Positions 33,362-41,996 of a stretch of DNA of 64,000 nucleotides are shown here, piece by piece. The stretch's first letter is position 1. Each line of letters opens with the position of its first letter. The notes below the pieces were generated by a model. The model searched no databases. It worked only from the letters and a program-made list of their open reading frames with translations, and was not told the DNA's origin. The position numbers were made by a program, and so were the translations under genes. Source of the stretch: an archaeon (GTDB lineage: Archaea > Nanobdellota > Nanobdellia > SCGC-AAA011-G17 > GW2011-AR17); contig JABHLH010000013.1 of the NCBI GenBank assembly GCA_018692925.1, forward strand, positions 7,206-71,205, written 5' to 3'.

Positions 33362-35533
33362 TTACTCTTCACCCTTATTCAGACCTTTTCTATCTCTAAT
33401 CTGCTTGATAATTTTCCCTTGTAATGATTCAGGTAATTTATCAAACTTCTGATCTTGGATAAAACTACATCCTCTTCCAGATGTTGCACTTCTCAACTCA
33501 GATGACCAACCAAACATTTCAGCAACAGGCAACATAGCTTTGATTACTACCATAACTCCTTCGTGCTCCATGTTCACTAGTTGTCCTCTCTTGTTCTGTA
33601 CAATCTTAGAAACTTCACCCATGTAATCAGCTGGAGCTTCAATCTGCATCAATTGTAAAGGTTCGAATAAAAAGGGGTTAGCTAATCTAATTCCTTCTCT
33701 AATACCTTCTCTGATAGCCGGATAAACCTGTGCTGGTCCTCTGTGAATTGAATCTTCGTGTAACTTACAATCCATTAACCTAACTTTCATTTTCATACAA
33801 GGTTCTTCAGCTAATCCACCCTTCTTCATAACTTGTTCAAAAGCATCCATAATTAGACCAATAACTTCTCCAATGTGAACAATTCCTCTAGTATTATCTA
33901 CTAAAGCATTTCCATTATACAAGTGTGAATAAGATTTTGCTTCTTTAGTATCTAAACCTAATTCCTTCAACTTCTCAACTGTTTCTTTATCCTTTTTCTT
34001 AATTCTACCCTCGTGTAGATCTCCAGATTTCAATGCATCATAAATTGCATCATCCAAAGGTTCTACTGTAAAGTAAAATCTGTTGTGTTTGTTTGGAGAT
34101 TTTCCTTCAGCTTCTGAAGAAGATCTTTTTGTAACAGCTTCTCTATAAACCACAATTGGTGGTGAAGTTTTAACAGACAAACCTTTTTCATTAACAATTC
34201 TGTTTTCAATAATTTCTAAATGTAATTCACCCATTCCAGAAATTAAATTCTCTCCAGTTTCTTCATTAATTTCAATTTTAATTGAAGGATCTTCTTTTGA
34301 AATTTGTCCTAAGATATCAACTAACTTTGCTAAGTCTGCAGAACTATTTGCTTCAATACTTTTTGTGATAACAGGCTCGAAAATATGCTTAATAGCTTCG
34401 AAAGGTTCCATCACTTCAACAGAAACTGTTTCTCCTGCAAATACTCCTTTCAAACCAACTAAACCTACAATGTTTCCAGGATAAACTTCATCTAAAGCAA
34501 CTCTATGTGCACCTTTGTAAACAGAAACTTGTTGTAATCTAACTTTCTTCTTAGCCATGTTCATATAAACTTCTTGACCAGGTTTAAATTTACCAGAAAA
34601 GATTCTTCCTGCAGCAACTTCTCCTGCATGTTTATCAATTACAATTTTTGTAACAACAAAAGCGGGTTCTCCATCAGGATCACATGTCATTAAAGCTTTT
34701 CCAAGTTCTGTTTCTTTATCTCCATGCCAAATTTTTGGAATTCTATAAACTTGAGCAACTTTTGGATCTGGACTATGGTGTACAACCATATCTAAAACAA
34801 CTTCATGAATTGGTGCTTTTTTAGCTAAATCTTTATGTGCATCATTTTCATAAGCATCAATAATATCTTTGAAAGTAATTCCATGTTTTTTCATATAAGG
34901 AAATGATAATCCCCAATTATGATAAGCAGAACCAAAAGCAACACTTCCATCTTGAACAGACAATTGCCATTTTTCCCCATAACCTTTTGGAGCAATTTGT
35001 AGAATCAACTTATTTACTTCTTCAATAATCTTCATAAACTTAGCAGCCATTGCTTCAGGAGTCAATTTTACTTCTTTGATTAATCTATCAACTTTGTTAA
35101 TGAACAGAACAGGTTTAACTAATTCTTTCAATGCTTGTCTAAGAACTGTTTCTGTTTGAGGCATAATTCCCTCTACAGCACAACATAAAACAATTGCACC
35201 ATCTACAGCCCTCATAGCTCTTGTTACATCTCCACCAAAATCTACGTGCCCAGGTGTGTCAATTAAATTAATTAAAAAGTCTTTATCTTCAACATTGTGA
35301 ACCATAGAAACAGAAGCTGAATCAATAGTAATTCCTCTTTCAGTTTCATCATCATGAAAGTCTAATGCTCTTTGCTGTCCTGCTAAAGCTTCTGACAACA
35401 TTCCTGCCCCAGCTAACAAATTATCAGAAAAGGTAGTTTTTCCGTGATCAATATGAGCACAAACACCAATATTTCTAATACTATCAGGTTTCCTTTGTAA
35501 TTCCTTAATTTTTTCAGTAATTTTATCTGCCAT
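33362..35533 (-). CDS. fusA: translation elongation factor aEF-2
   Basis: AHIDHGKTT, DTPGHVDF, NKVDR, and the diphthamide region LHEDSIHRGPAQV; 723 aa. Confidence 0.97.
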   Translation of the reverse strand: MADKITEKIKELQRKPDSIRNIGVCAHIDHGKTTFSDNLLAGAGMLSEALAGQQRALDFHDDETERGITIDSASVSMVHNVEDKDFLINLIDTPGHVDFGGDVTRAMRAVDGAIVLCCAVEGIMPQTETVLRQALKELVKPVLFINKVDRLIKEVKLTPEAMAAKFMKIIEEVNKLILQIAPKGYGEKWQLSVQDGSVAFGSAYHNWGLSFPYMKKHGITFKDIIDAYENDAHKDLAKKAPIHEVVLDMVVHHSPDPKVAQVYRIPKIWHGDKETELGKALMTCDPDGEPAFVVTKIVIDKHAGEVAAGRIFSGKFKPGQEVYMNMAKKKVRLQQVSVYKGAHRVALDEVYPGNIVGLVGLKGVFAGETVSVEVMEPFEAIKHIFEPVITKSIEANSSADLAKLVDILGQISKEDPSIKIEINEETGENLISGMGELHLEIIENRIVNEKGLSVKTSPPIVVYREAVTKRSSSEAEGKSPNKHNRFYFTVEPLDDAIYDALKSGDLHEGRIKKKDKETVEKLKELGLDTKEAKSYSHLYNGNALVDNTRGIVHIGEVIGLIMDAFEQVMKKGGLAEEPCMKMKVRLMDCKLHEDSIHRGPAQVYPAIREGIREGIRLANPFLFEPLQLMQIEAPADYMGEVSKIVQNKRGQLVNMEHEGVMVVIKAMLPVAEMFGWSSELRSATSGRGCSFIQDQKFDKLPESLQGKIIKQIRDRKGLNKGEE

Positions 35534-35619
35534 TATATTATCTCCCGTTATTATTATAAATAACCTACCTCCACAAAAATTCTAAGGCTTTTTAAACATT
35601 TCGGGAGAAATTAAAAATA

Positions 35620-35907
35620 TTATTCTGAGAAATAAGCAATTTTTTCTAAATCCATAGCAAGATCACCAATTCTTTTAATGCTAATATCAGCTTCAATAAC
35701 TTCATCACAATAAACTTTTTCACCAATAATAAGACCTAAATTTTCTATTTTTTCAACAAAACTTTCTTCAGATAAATCTCGTTGGTAACAAGAACCAATA
35801 CTATTAAGAGAATTAACAAACATATTATATTCCTGAAGCTGTACAAGTCCATAAAACATACTACTTGCCAAAAAAAGATAACCTAAACTACTTATTACAT
35901 CCTTCAT
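35620..35907 (-). CDS. hypothetical protein (95 aa)
   Basis: Track ORF only. Confidence 0.4.
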   Translation of the reverse strand: MKDVISSLGYLFLASSMFYGLVQLQEYNMFVNSLNSIGSCYQRDLSEESFVEKIENLGLIIGEKVYCDEVIEADISIKRIGDLAMDLEKIAYFSE

Positions 35908-36009
35908 AATTACAACAGTTTTTGAACCAATATATAAAAGTACTCATTCTGAAAATAATTCAAATCTACAACAACAATCTATATAAAATAATCAAACCTT
36001 AATAATGCT

Positions 36010-37056
36010 ATGAACTTATTTGACAATATTCTCAAACATGATGAAACTCTTTTCAAGAATGAATTATCTCTTGATTATGAATATCTTCCTCATGTTTTAA
36101 AATATAGAGAAGATCAACAACAACACATTGCTACAATTATTAAACCTTTATTTCAAGGTAGAATGGGTTCAAACATTTTAATTACTGGTAAACCAGGTAT
36201 AGGAAAAACTGCAGCAACCAAACACGTTCTTAGAGAAATGGAACAATATTCTGACAAAATTAAAGGATTATATGTAAACTGTTGGAAATATGACACAGCC
36301 TATAAAATAATTGTAGAACTTTGTCAACAACTTGGCTACAAATGGGTACAAAATAAAAAAACAAATGAATTGATGAAAGAAATTGCAAAAATTCTAAACA
36401 AAAAAGCAGCTGTAATTATATTAGACGAAGTTGACAAATTAAAAGAAGAACAGATTATTTATTTCATCCTTGAAGACATTTACAAAAAATGTATCATCAT
36501 GGTTAGCAACGAAAAAGATTTTATTTCTTATTTAGATGAAAGAACAAGATCAAGATTAATGCCAGAAATTTTAACATTCGAAGCTTACACATACAAAGAA
36601 ACTTATGATATATTAAATGAAAGAAAAATTTCTGCTTTTTACGAAGATATTATTCTTGATGAAGATTTTGAAAGAGTTGTAGAAAAAACTTCAGAATTAA
36701 AAGATATTAGATCAGGCCTTTTTTTATTAAAAGAATCAGGTAATGCAGCTGAGATAAGATCTTCTAGAAAGATTGAAAATATAGATGTAATCAAAGCAAT
36801 TTCAAAACTATCACATTTCCAAGCTTCAAAAATTTCTTTAGATGATGAAGAAAAAACTTTATTAGAAATAATTAAAGGTAAGAATGGAAGCAAAAGTTCT
36901 GAAATTTTCAAAGAATACCAAATCAAATTTAACAAATCTGATAGAACCTTTAGAAGAAAAGTTTCAAAATTAAGAGACAATAATTTAATTGAATCTAAAG
37001 ATGGAAAAGATGACCAAGGTAATTTAGTTCCTTTCTTACATTTTAAGAAATTATAA
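36010..37056 (+). CDS. cdc6: Orc1/Cdc6 replication initiator (short, 348 aa)
   Basis: Walker A ITGKPGIGKTAA, Walker B VIILDEVDKL, and a C-terminal winged helix (...DRTFRRKVSKLRDNNLIES). Confidence 0.88.
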   Translation: MNLFDNILKHDETLFKNELSLDYEYLPHVLKYREDQQQHIATIIKPLFQGRMGSNILITGKPGIGKTAATKHVLREMEQYSDKIKGLYVNCWKYDTAYKIIVELCQQLGYKWVQNKKTNELMKEIAKILNKKAAVIILDEVDKLKEEQIIYFILEDIYKKCIIMVSNEKDFISYLDERTRSRLMPEILTFEAYTYKETYDILNERKISAFYEDIILDEDFERVVEKTSELKDIRSGLFLLKESGNAAEIRSSRKIENIDVIKAISKLSHFQASKISLDDEEKTLLEIIKGKNGSKSSEIFKEYQIKFNKSDRTFRRKVSKLRDNNLIESKDGKDDQGNLVPFLHFKKL

Positions 37057-37057
37057 T

Positions 37058-37079
37058 CAATTCTAAACAATTCTAAACA
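37058..37079. repeat. tandem 10-mer CAATTCTAAA x2 (+CA) immediately after the cdc6 stop
   Basis: Read directly: caattctaaacaattctaaaca. Confidence 0.8.
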
Positions 37080-37080
37080 T

Positions 37081-37116
37081 CTAGCCCTGGACACCGGACA
37101 TGCTCTCGCGCGGCGC
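37081..37116. other. isolated GC-rich island (ctagccctggacaccggacatgctctcgcgcggcgc) abutting a TATA box
   Basis: Strong compositional contrast with the AT-rich surroundings. Followed directly by TTATATAC (37117-37124). I could not draw a convincing hairpin. Confidence 0.5.
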
Positions 37117-37167
37117 TTATATACTAACCTCAACAAATAATTCTTAGAACAAAAGGAGGTAAAAAAC

Positions 37168-37296
37168 ATGAAATACTACGACCATTTCAAAAAAATACAA
37201 AAAAAGAAAATAAACCTACCATTAGACTTTGACACCAGTTTCATTGAAAACATATTCAGTCAACAACTAAAACAACTACCATTATCAAGGAGGTGA
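37168..37296 (+). CDS. 42-aa basic micro-ORF with a strong SD
   Basis: aaaGGAGGTaaaaaacATG; MKYYDHFKKIQKKKINLPLDFDTSFIENIFSQQLKQLPLSRR. Its last codons contain the SD of the next ORF. Confidence 0.35.
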   Translation: MKYYDHFKKIQKKKINLPLDFDTSFIENIFSQQLKQLPLSRR

Positions 37297-37300
37297 TAAA

Positions 37301-37447
37301 ATGGAAAGAATTACCAATATATATGAATTTGAAAATTTAGAAAATAAAGAGGATATTTATGATGAAGAAGAGAGATTAAGAATGCTTGAAAATGATGAAA
37401 TAAATGCTTTTGAAGAAGGATTTATGATTGGCTATATGGCCCGTTAA
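37301..37447 (+). CDS. 48-aa acidic micro-ORF with a strong SD
   Basis: caaGGAGGTGataaaATG; MERITNIYEFENLENKEDIYDEEERLRMLENDEINAFEEGFMIGYMAR. Confidence 0.4.
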   Translation: MERITNIYEFENLENKEDIYDEEERLRMLENDEINAFEEGFMIGYMAR

Positions 37448-37521
37448 TACTCCCACCAACACCTCTTTTTTTCTTTTTACCAACAATAATACATATAAAC
37501 TTCTAAGAAGTTCTCAGTCTT

Positions 37522-38004
37522 ATGAAAAGATTACTACCATTAACTTTAGCAGCCTGTATACATACTAGTCCAGTAACTTTTGAATATGGAACTTCAACAA
37601 ATGTCTTACTTAATCAAACAAGAGAGTTAACTACACAAAACAATGGTACTACTATATACATAAGGAGAGGAGATACTTGGAGACATGATGGGGGATATTT
37701 TGATCAATGGAACAATCAAATATTTGCACCAAAAACCAATTTAGGCTTTACCTATTTTTTAGATAGAAGAACATTAAAAATTACAAGTAATACAAATAAT
37801 TGTAATGAAACATATATTATAGATTTAACTGAAAAAGATAATAGTTTTTATTCCTTAGAAAATTGTAATAATTTACATAATGCTCTTACAAGTAATGAAG
37901 ATTTATTATATAGAGACATTGATCCTGAAGATTTAACTTTCATCGAAGCAAGAATAGATGATTTACTTAATATAGAAATTGAAAAAACTTCATGGAATAG
38001 GTAA
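37522..38004 (+). CDS. putative lipoprotein (160 aa)
   Basis: MKRLLPLTLAA|CIHTS is a lipobox. Confidence 0.55.
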   Translation: MKRLLPLTLAACIHTSPVTFEYGTSTNVLLNQTRELTTQNNGTTIYIRRGDTWRHDGGYFDQWNNQIFAPKTNLGFTYFLDRRTLKITSNTNNCNETYIIDLTEKDNSFYSLENCNNLHNALTSNEDLLYRDIDPEDLTFIEARIDDLLNIEIEKTSWNR

Positions 38005-38035
38005 ACTTTAAAAATCACAAAAATTTCTAAACACT

Positions 38036-38635
38036 ATGAAAGTACTAGCATTTGTCGACACACATTTAGATGAAAAAGCAATCAAACAAATAATTAAAAA
38101 ATCTAAAAAAGTAGACATATTAATTTGTGCAGGAGATATTTCTTGGTTAGGTCAAGGTACAAAGGAAGCTTTATTTGATTTAAGTAAAAATATTAAAAAA
38201 GACATTTATATTATTCCAGGAAATCATGAAACTAATTCTGAACTAATCAAAATCTGTAAAAGAAAAAAGAACTTAATTTATGCTAATAAAAGATTAATCA
38301 AACTTGAAGATTATTACTTTTTCTTTTGGGGTGGTGGAGGCTTTGCACAAAGAGATAAAAATCTTGAAAAAGCAATAACTAGACTAAAGAAAAAATTAAC
38401 AAAAGATGACGAACTGATATTTATTACTCATGGACCTCCCTACAAAACTAAACTTGACATCTTAGAATATATTGGACACGCAGGATGTAAATCACAAAAA
38501 AAATTCATAAAAACTCTTAAACCATTACTTCACATTTGTGGCCATTTCCATGAAAATGAAGAAGTACAAGAAGTAGTATACAAAAAAACTTTAATAATAA
38601 ATCCAGGTCCAAGAGGCAAAATTCTAGAAATATAA
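38036..38635 (+). CDS. calcineurin-like metallophosphoesterase
   Basis: FVDTHLD, CAGDIS, PGNHE, ITHGPP, CGHFHE. Confidence 0.8.
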   Translation: MKVLAFVDTHLDEKAIKQIIKKSKKVDILICAGDISWLGQGTKEALFDLSKNIKKDIYIIPGNHETNSELIKICKRKKNLIYANKRLIKLEDYYFFFWGGGGFAQRDKNLEKAITRLKKKLTKDDELIFITHGPPYKTKLDILEYIGHAGCKSQKKFIKTLKPLLHICGHFHENEEVQEVVYKKTLIINPGPRGKILEI

Positions 38636-38676
38636 CATCACAAACTTTAATAACTCAGATCTAAAAAAACAATCTA

Positions 38677-39426
38677 ATGGAACTATTAGACATAATATTA
38701 TTATCATTAATTCAGGGGCTTACGGAATGGTTACCAATTTCATCATCAGGGCATTTAGTTCTTGCACAAGAATTATTTAATATGCAAGTTCCAATTTACT
38801 ATGATATTCTATTACATTTCGCAACTTTGATTGTAATCCTTTTAGTTTTCTACAAAGACATCTACAAAATAATCAAAGAGCTATTAAAATTAAATTTCAA
38901 AAATGAATATGCAAAGTTAGGGATATATATTATCATAGCTTCAATACCAACTGCAATAATTGGATTTACCTTCAAAGATTTATTTTTATCATTCTACACA
39001 AATATAAATGCTGTAGCAATTTCATTATTAATCACAGGTTTAATTTTATTATCAACAAAATTCTTTCATGGAAAAAGAAAACTTACAACATTTGACTCAA
39101 TTTTAATTGGAGTTGCACAAGGTTTAGCAATCATTCCGGGAATATCCAGATCAGGTTCAACAATTTCCACTTCATTAATTTTAGGAATTAGAAAAGAACT
39201 AGCAATAAAATTTTCATTCTTATTAGCAATTCCTGCAATACTTGGCGCAACAATTCTAGAATATACACCAGCAGCAATAAATTTAGAAATATTACTAGGT
39301 ATTTTCATTACAATAATAACTGGTTATCTCTCTCTAAAATTAACTATTAATTTAATCCTAAAAGATAAATTTCATTATTTCTCAATATACTGTTTTATCC
39401 TTGGAATTATAATATTAATAATATAG
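38677..39426 (+). CDS. uppP: undecaprenyl-diphosphatase (BacA/UppP)
   Basis: LIQGLTEWLPISSSGHL and PGISRSGSTIS motifs; about 8 TM. Confidence 0.92.
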   Translation: MELLDIILLSLIQGLTEWLPISSSGHLVLAQELFNMQVPIYYDILLHFATLIVILLVFYKDIYKIIKELLKLNFKNEYAKLGIYIIIASIPTAIIGFTFKDLFLSFYTNINAVAISLLITGLILLSTKFFHGKRKLTTFDSILIGVAQGLAIIPGISRSGSTISTSLILGIRKELAIKFSFLLAIPAILGATILEYTPAAINLEILLGIFITIITGYLSLKLTINLILKDKFHYFSIYCFILGIIILII

Positions 39427-39469
39427 AAAAATCTATTTGGAATTTAATACAAAAATATAGAGGCTAGAT

Positions 39470-39700
39470 CTACCTCTTTTTTCTTTTTTTAGCTTTTTTC
39501 TTAACTGCTTTCTTTTTTACTTTCTTCTTTACTGCCTTTTTCTTAACTTTCTTCTTTACAGCTTTTTTCTTAACTTTCTTCTTTGCAGTTTTCTTTTTCA
39601 CTTTTCGTTTGACAGCTTTCTTTTTTGTCTTTTTCTTAGCAGCTTTCTTTTTTACTTTCTTTTTTGCCACCTTCTTTTTTTTCTTACGAACTAATACCAT
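39470..39700 (-). CDS. 76-aa lysine-repeat protein (histone-H1-tail-like)
   Basis: MVLVRKKKKKVAKKKVKKKAAKKKTKKKAVKRKVKKKTAKKKVKKKAVKKKVKKKAVKKKVKKKAVKKKAKKRKKR; 24-nt periodic DNA repeat. Confidence 0.55.
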   Translation of the reverse strand: MVLVRKKKKKVAKKKVKKKAAKKKTKKKAVKRKVKKKTAKKKVKKKAVKKKVKKKAVKKKVKKKAVKKKAKKRKKR

Positions 39701-39772
39701 GCCTAAAATACATGTTATAGCATTATAAAAACATTTCTATTCCTTACAAAAAAATATTTAGAAAAATAAGAT

Positions 39773-40621
39773 TTAAAAAATAAAACTAAAATAACTAACA
39801 GAATTTTCTTCATCTTTATTTATCGACGAAGATTTGTAATAACTTAATAATTCTCCTTCTTCTGCTCCTAATAATTTTAAAACATTTAAACCTAAAGCAA
39901 CAGAAAATGACCCGCTTACTTGAATTTTGTTTCTTTTCACATTTTTCAAAAACATTTCAGAATCTAAATTTAAAATTAACCTTATCATTCCTAAATCTAA
40001 ACCTTCTAAACTTTCTTTAACATTATACTTAAATGGTGTAAATAAAAATTTATTTCCATACTTTGTAAAATTAGAAACAACAATAACAACAAGATCTTTC
40101 TTAATTTCTACAATCTTTTTTGCTAAGATCTCAACATTATTTGCTGAAGGAACAACTATTGGCAAAATTTTAATATCATTAATTCTATCCTTACATGCAT
40201 GTTGTAATAAAGGCAACTGAACTTCTAAAGCTTGTTCAACAACAGCATCTGCTTTTGAAACAATTCCACTTTCTAATAATTTTTCAGCAAATTCTTTATC
40301 TATTCTACAAACTCCAAATTCTGTTTCAAAATCTTCTAAACAAGTTAAATAATTTACAACTGTCCCTGTTTGATCTGGTACAAGAATCAAAAAAGTATCT
40401 GGAAATTTACTTTCTGCTAAAATTTTATATGCCCAAGCAGCACATGCTCCTGACAAAGAATACTTATCATGCGGTACAAGAATTCCAAATAGATTATCAT
40501 TTTTTCTACTAGTTGCTAAATCACCTGGGCCTAACTTACTTTCATATAAGCTATTAATTTGATTCATAACACTAACATAATCTTTTTCATAATATTTTCC
40601 TGCAAAAGAAGCTTTAATCAT
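39773..40621 (-). CDS. MEMO1-family protein (AmmeMemoRadiSam system protein B-like)
   Basis: FAGKYYEKD..., GILVPHDKYSLSGACAAWAY (PHAGYxYSG-like). Confidence 0.78.
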   Translation of the reverse strand: MIKASFAGKYYEKDYVSVMNQINSLYESKLGPGDLATSRKNDNLFGILVPHDKYSLSGACAAWAYKILAESKFPDTFLILVPDQTGTVVNYLTCLEDFETEFGVCRIDKEFAEKLLESGIVSKADAVVEQALEVQLPLLQHACKDRINDIKILPIVVPSANNVEILAKKIVEIKKDLVVIVVSNFTKYGNKFLFTPFKYNVKESLEGLDLGMIRLILNLDSEMFLKNVKRNKIQVSGSFSVALGLNVLKLLGAEEGELLSYYKSSSINKDEENSVSYFSFIF

Positions 40622-40703
40622 AAACTTTCTATAATAGTCCTACTTAAAAAATTTATTGTATTCATCCGAAACTAATATTAAGCTTCGAATCTTAAAATAC
40701 TAA

Positions 40704-40955
40704 ATGACAGTCTTAAATACATCATTAAAATTTATTATTTCAATTGTCTTTGACCTAGTAGATTTAACTCTTGGAAGAATTCCTGTATTTGGAACTGCTT
40801 TTGATGTTGTTGGTGGTTTACTTGGAATCTGGTTATGGGGGACTCCTGGAGCTTTACAATTTCTAGAGATTATAGATTTTACAGACCAAATTGATAGCTT
40901 TATACCGACGCTAACTATAGCAGGATTGATCTCTATTATAATGGATAGAGACTAG
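40704..40955 (+). CDS. small membrane protein (83 aa)
   Basis: Hydrophobic helices; the motif GRIPVFGTAFDVVGG resembles DUF4112-type proteins. Confidence 0.5.
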   Translation: MTVLNTSLKFIISIVFDLVDLTLGRIPVFGTAFDVVGGLLGIWLWGTPGALQFLEIIDFTDQIDSFIPTLTIAGLISIIMDRD

Positions 40956-40986
40956 ATACTACTTACAAGTTACTACAACCGAAAAG

Positions 40987-40994
40987 TTTATATA
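40987..40994 (+). promoter_or_regulatory. TATA box (cgaaaagTTTATATAc) with no ORF downstream
   Basis: BRE/TATA-like motif located 36 nt upstream of the hairpin at 41030-41065. Confidence 0.4.
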
Positions 40995-41029
40995 CTAGTT
41001 CTGTTCTATATATCTTATCACCTCTTTTT

Positions 41030-41065
41030 CCCCAGGAAGATGCTCCTCGGAGTGTCTTCCCAGGG
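41030..41065 (+). ncRNA. candidate small structured RNA or bidirectional terminator hairpin
   Basis: ccccaggaagatgctc-CTCG-gagtgtcttcccaggg: 16-nt arms with 14 pairs (2 G-U, one 2-nt internal mismatch). GC-rich in an AT-rich spacer between convergent genes. Confidence 0.4.
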
Positions 41066-41135
41066 TTTAAAACTATAAAATTTTAGAATTCTAGAACATT
41101 AAATATTTGATATTAATAACTTAAAAAAATAAGAA

Positions 41136-41303
41136 TTATTTATTAAAAACTGTATAACCACATTTACCACAAGTTTTTCGATCTTTGTGATTAGCTAAAA
41201 ATACACCTGGTCCACATTTAGGACAAAATCCTTCTGCTTTTCCTTCTTTATATCTAGCATATTTTTTACTTGGAGTTTTATTCTTTACTTGTTTCTTTGC
41301 CAT
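41136..41303 (-). CDS. rps27ae: ribosomal protein S27ae (55 aa, below track cut-off)
   Basis: Hand translation: [55 protein letters not shown], with a CxxC...CxxC zinc ribbon. Confidence 0.85.
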   Translation of the reverse strand: MAKKQVKNKTPSKKYARYKEGKAEGFCPKCGPGVFLANHKDRKTCGKCGYTVFNK

Positions 41304-41784
41304 CTTCTACTTTCTCCTCAACTTTTACTTCTTCTTTTGCTTCAGCTTCAACTTTAACTTCTTCAGCTTTTGCTTCAACTTTTACTTCTTCTTTAGATTC
41401 AGCTTCAACTTTTGCTGCTTCTGCTTTAGCTTTTACTTCTTCAGCTTTAGCTTTTGCTGCTTCAGCTTTTTTCTTAGCTTCTTCTTCAGCTGCTTTTTTC
41501 TCAGCTTCAACAGATTTTTTCTCAGCTTTCTTAATTTTCTCTAAATTCAGTAAATCTTTTCTTGTATTATATACATGAACTATAACTTTTGCTTTAGAAA
41601 AACCATATCTTTGATAAACATGTCTAATTGAGATTAATTCTTTTTTAATTTTTAGCTCAATTGCTACTGCATCTCTAAAATCTAAAATTGATGGGGTTGA
41701 TCCTCCACCAAAATTAACCATATAACTTATCCTTTTCCTATTTAGTAAAGGAGATTCCCGTGTTTTTAATAAACTTAGTTCCAT
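41278..41784 (-). CDS. rps24e: ribosomal protein S24e with an ~75-aa K/A/E-rich C-terminal extension
   Basis: [23 protein letters not shown]...[18 protein letters not shown], followed by the tail [45 protein letters not shown]... Confidence 0.85.
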   Translation of the reverse strand: MELSLLKTRESPLLNRKRISYMVNFGGGSTPSILDFRDAVAIELKIKKELISIRHVYQRYGFSKAKVIVHVYNTRKDLLNLEKIKKAEKKSVEAEKKAAEEEAKKKAEAAKAKAEEVKAKAEAAKVEAESKEEVKVEAKAEEVKVEAEAKEEVKVEEKVEDGKETSKE

Positions 41785-41786
41785 TT

Positions 41787-41996
41787 TTACCTCACCTTAA
41801 TAGCATATTCACCTTCATGCTTAAAGCCTGCTTTTTGTGCTATCATTGATTTTTTAGAATCAAAAATATAAATTCTTCCTTTCCAATTTTCACTTAATTT
41901 TGAAGGATTATTAAGTCCACAGTCACTACCATTATTTCCAGCAGGACATGTGTCACCATCTATAAACATTTTACAAGTTTTACATACTTTTCTCAT
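41787..41996 (-). CDS. spt4: transcription elongation factor Spt4 (RpoE'')
   Basis: CKTCKMF...C...C zinc ribbon, then ENWKGRIYIFDSKKSMIAQKAGFKHEGEYAIKV. Confidence 0.85.
   Translation of the reverse strand: MRKVCKTCKMFIDGDTCPAGNNGSDCGLNNPSKLSENWKGRIYIFDSKKSMIAQKAGFKHEGEYAIKVR

Noticed and set aside
36639-37169. 176-aa minus-strand track ORF spanning the cdc6 3' half and the GC island
   Set aside because: Antisense to Orc1/Cdc6. It is Ser/Phe/Leu-rich shadow-frame sequence and extends through an intergenic tandem repeat.
35908-37521. Replication origin flanking orc1/cdc6
   Set aside because: I could not find repeated or inverted ORB-like elements on either side of the gene, only a single GC island and a 10-mer duplication. 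It is reported as an oddity, not as an origin.
39470-39700. Periodic DNA repeats considered as a possible CRISPR or minisatellite. Similar periodicity is seen at 41310-41530 and 4783-4857.
   Set aside because: The periods (24, about 24-30 and 12 nt) are in-frame coding low-complexity repeats (poly-Lys protein, S24e tail, Asp/Gly linker). There are no spacer-like unique segments.
39927-40512. Two plus-strand track ORFs (97 and 105 aa)
   Set aside because: Both are antisense to the MEMO-family gene, which has the diagnostic PH..YS.SG motif.
39773-40621. Linking the MEMO-like gene with the radical SAM at 13869..14687 as an AmmeMemoRadiSam system
   Set aside because: The genes are 25 kb apart, no AMMECR1 gene is in the window, and the radical SAM looks RlmN-like rather than of the AmmeMemoRadiSam type.
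40684-40691. TTCGAATC (T-loop-like) considered as a tRNA hint
   Set aside because: The surrounding sequence is AT-rich with no acceptor, D or anticodon stems. I found no tRNA-like GC-rich 70-90-nt block anywhere in the window.
41270-41578. 102-aa plus-strand S/A/F-rich ORF
   Set aside because: It is the reverse-frame shadow of the S24e K/A/E repeat tail.
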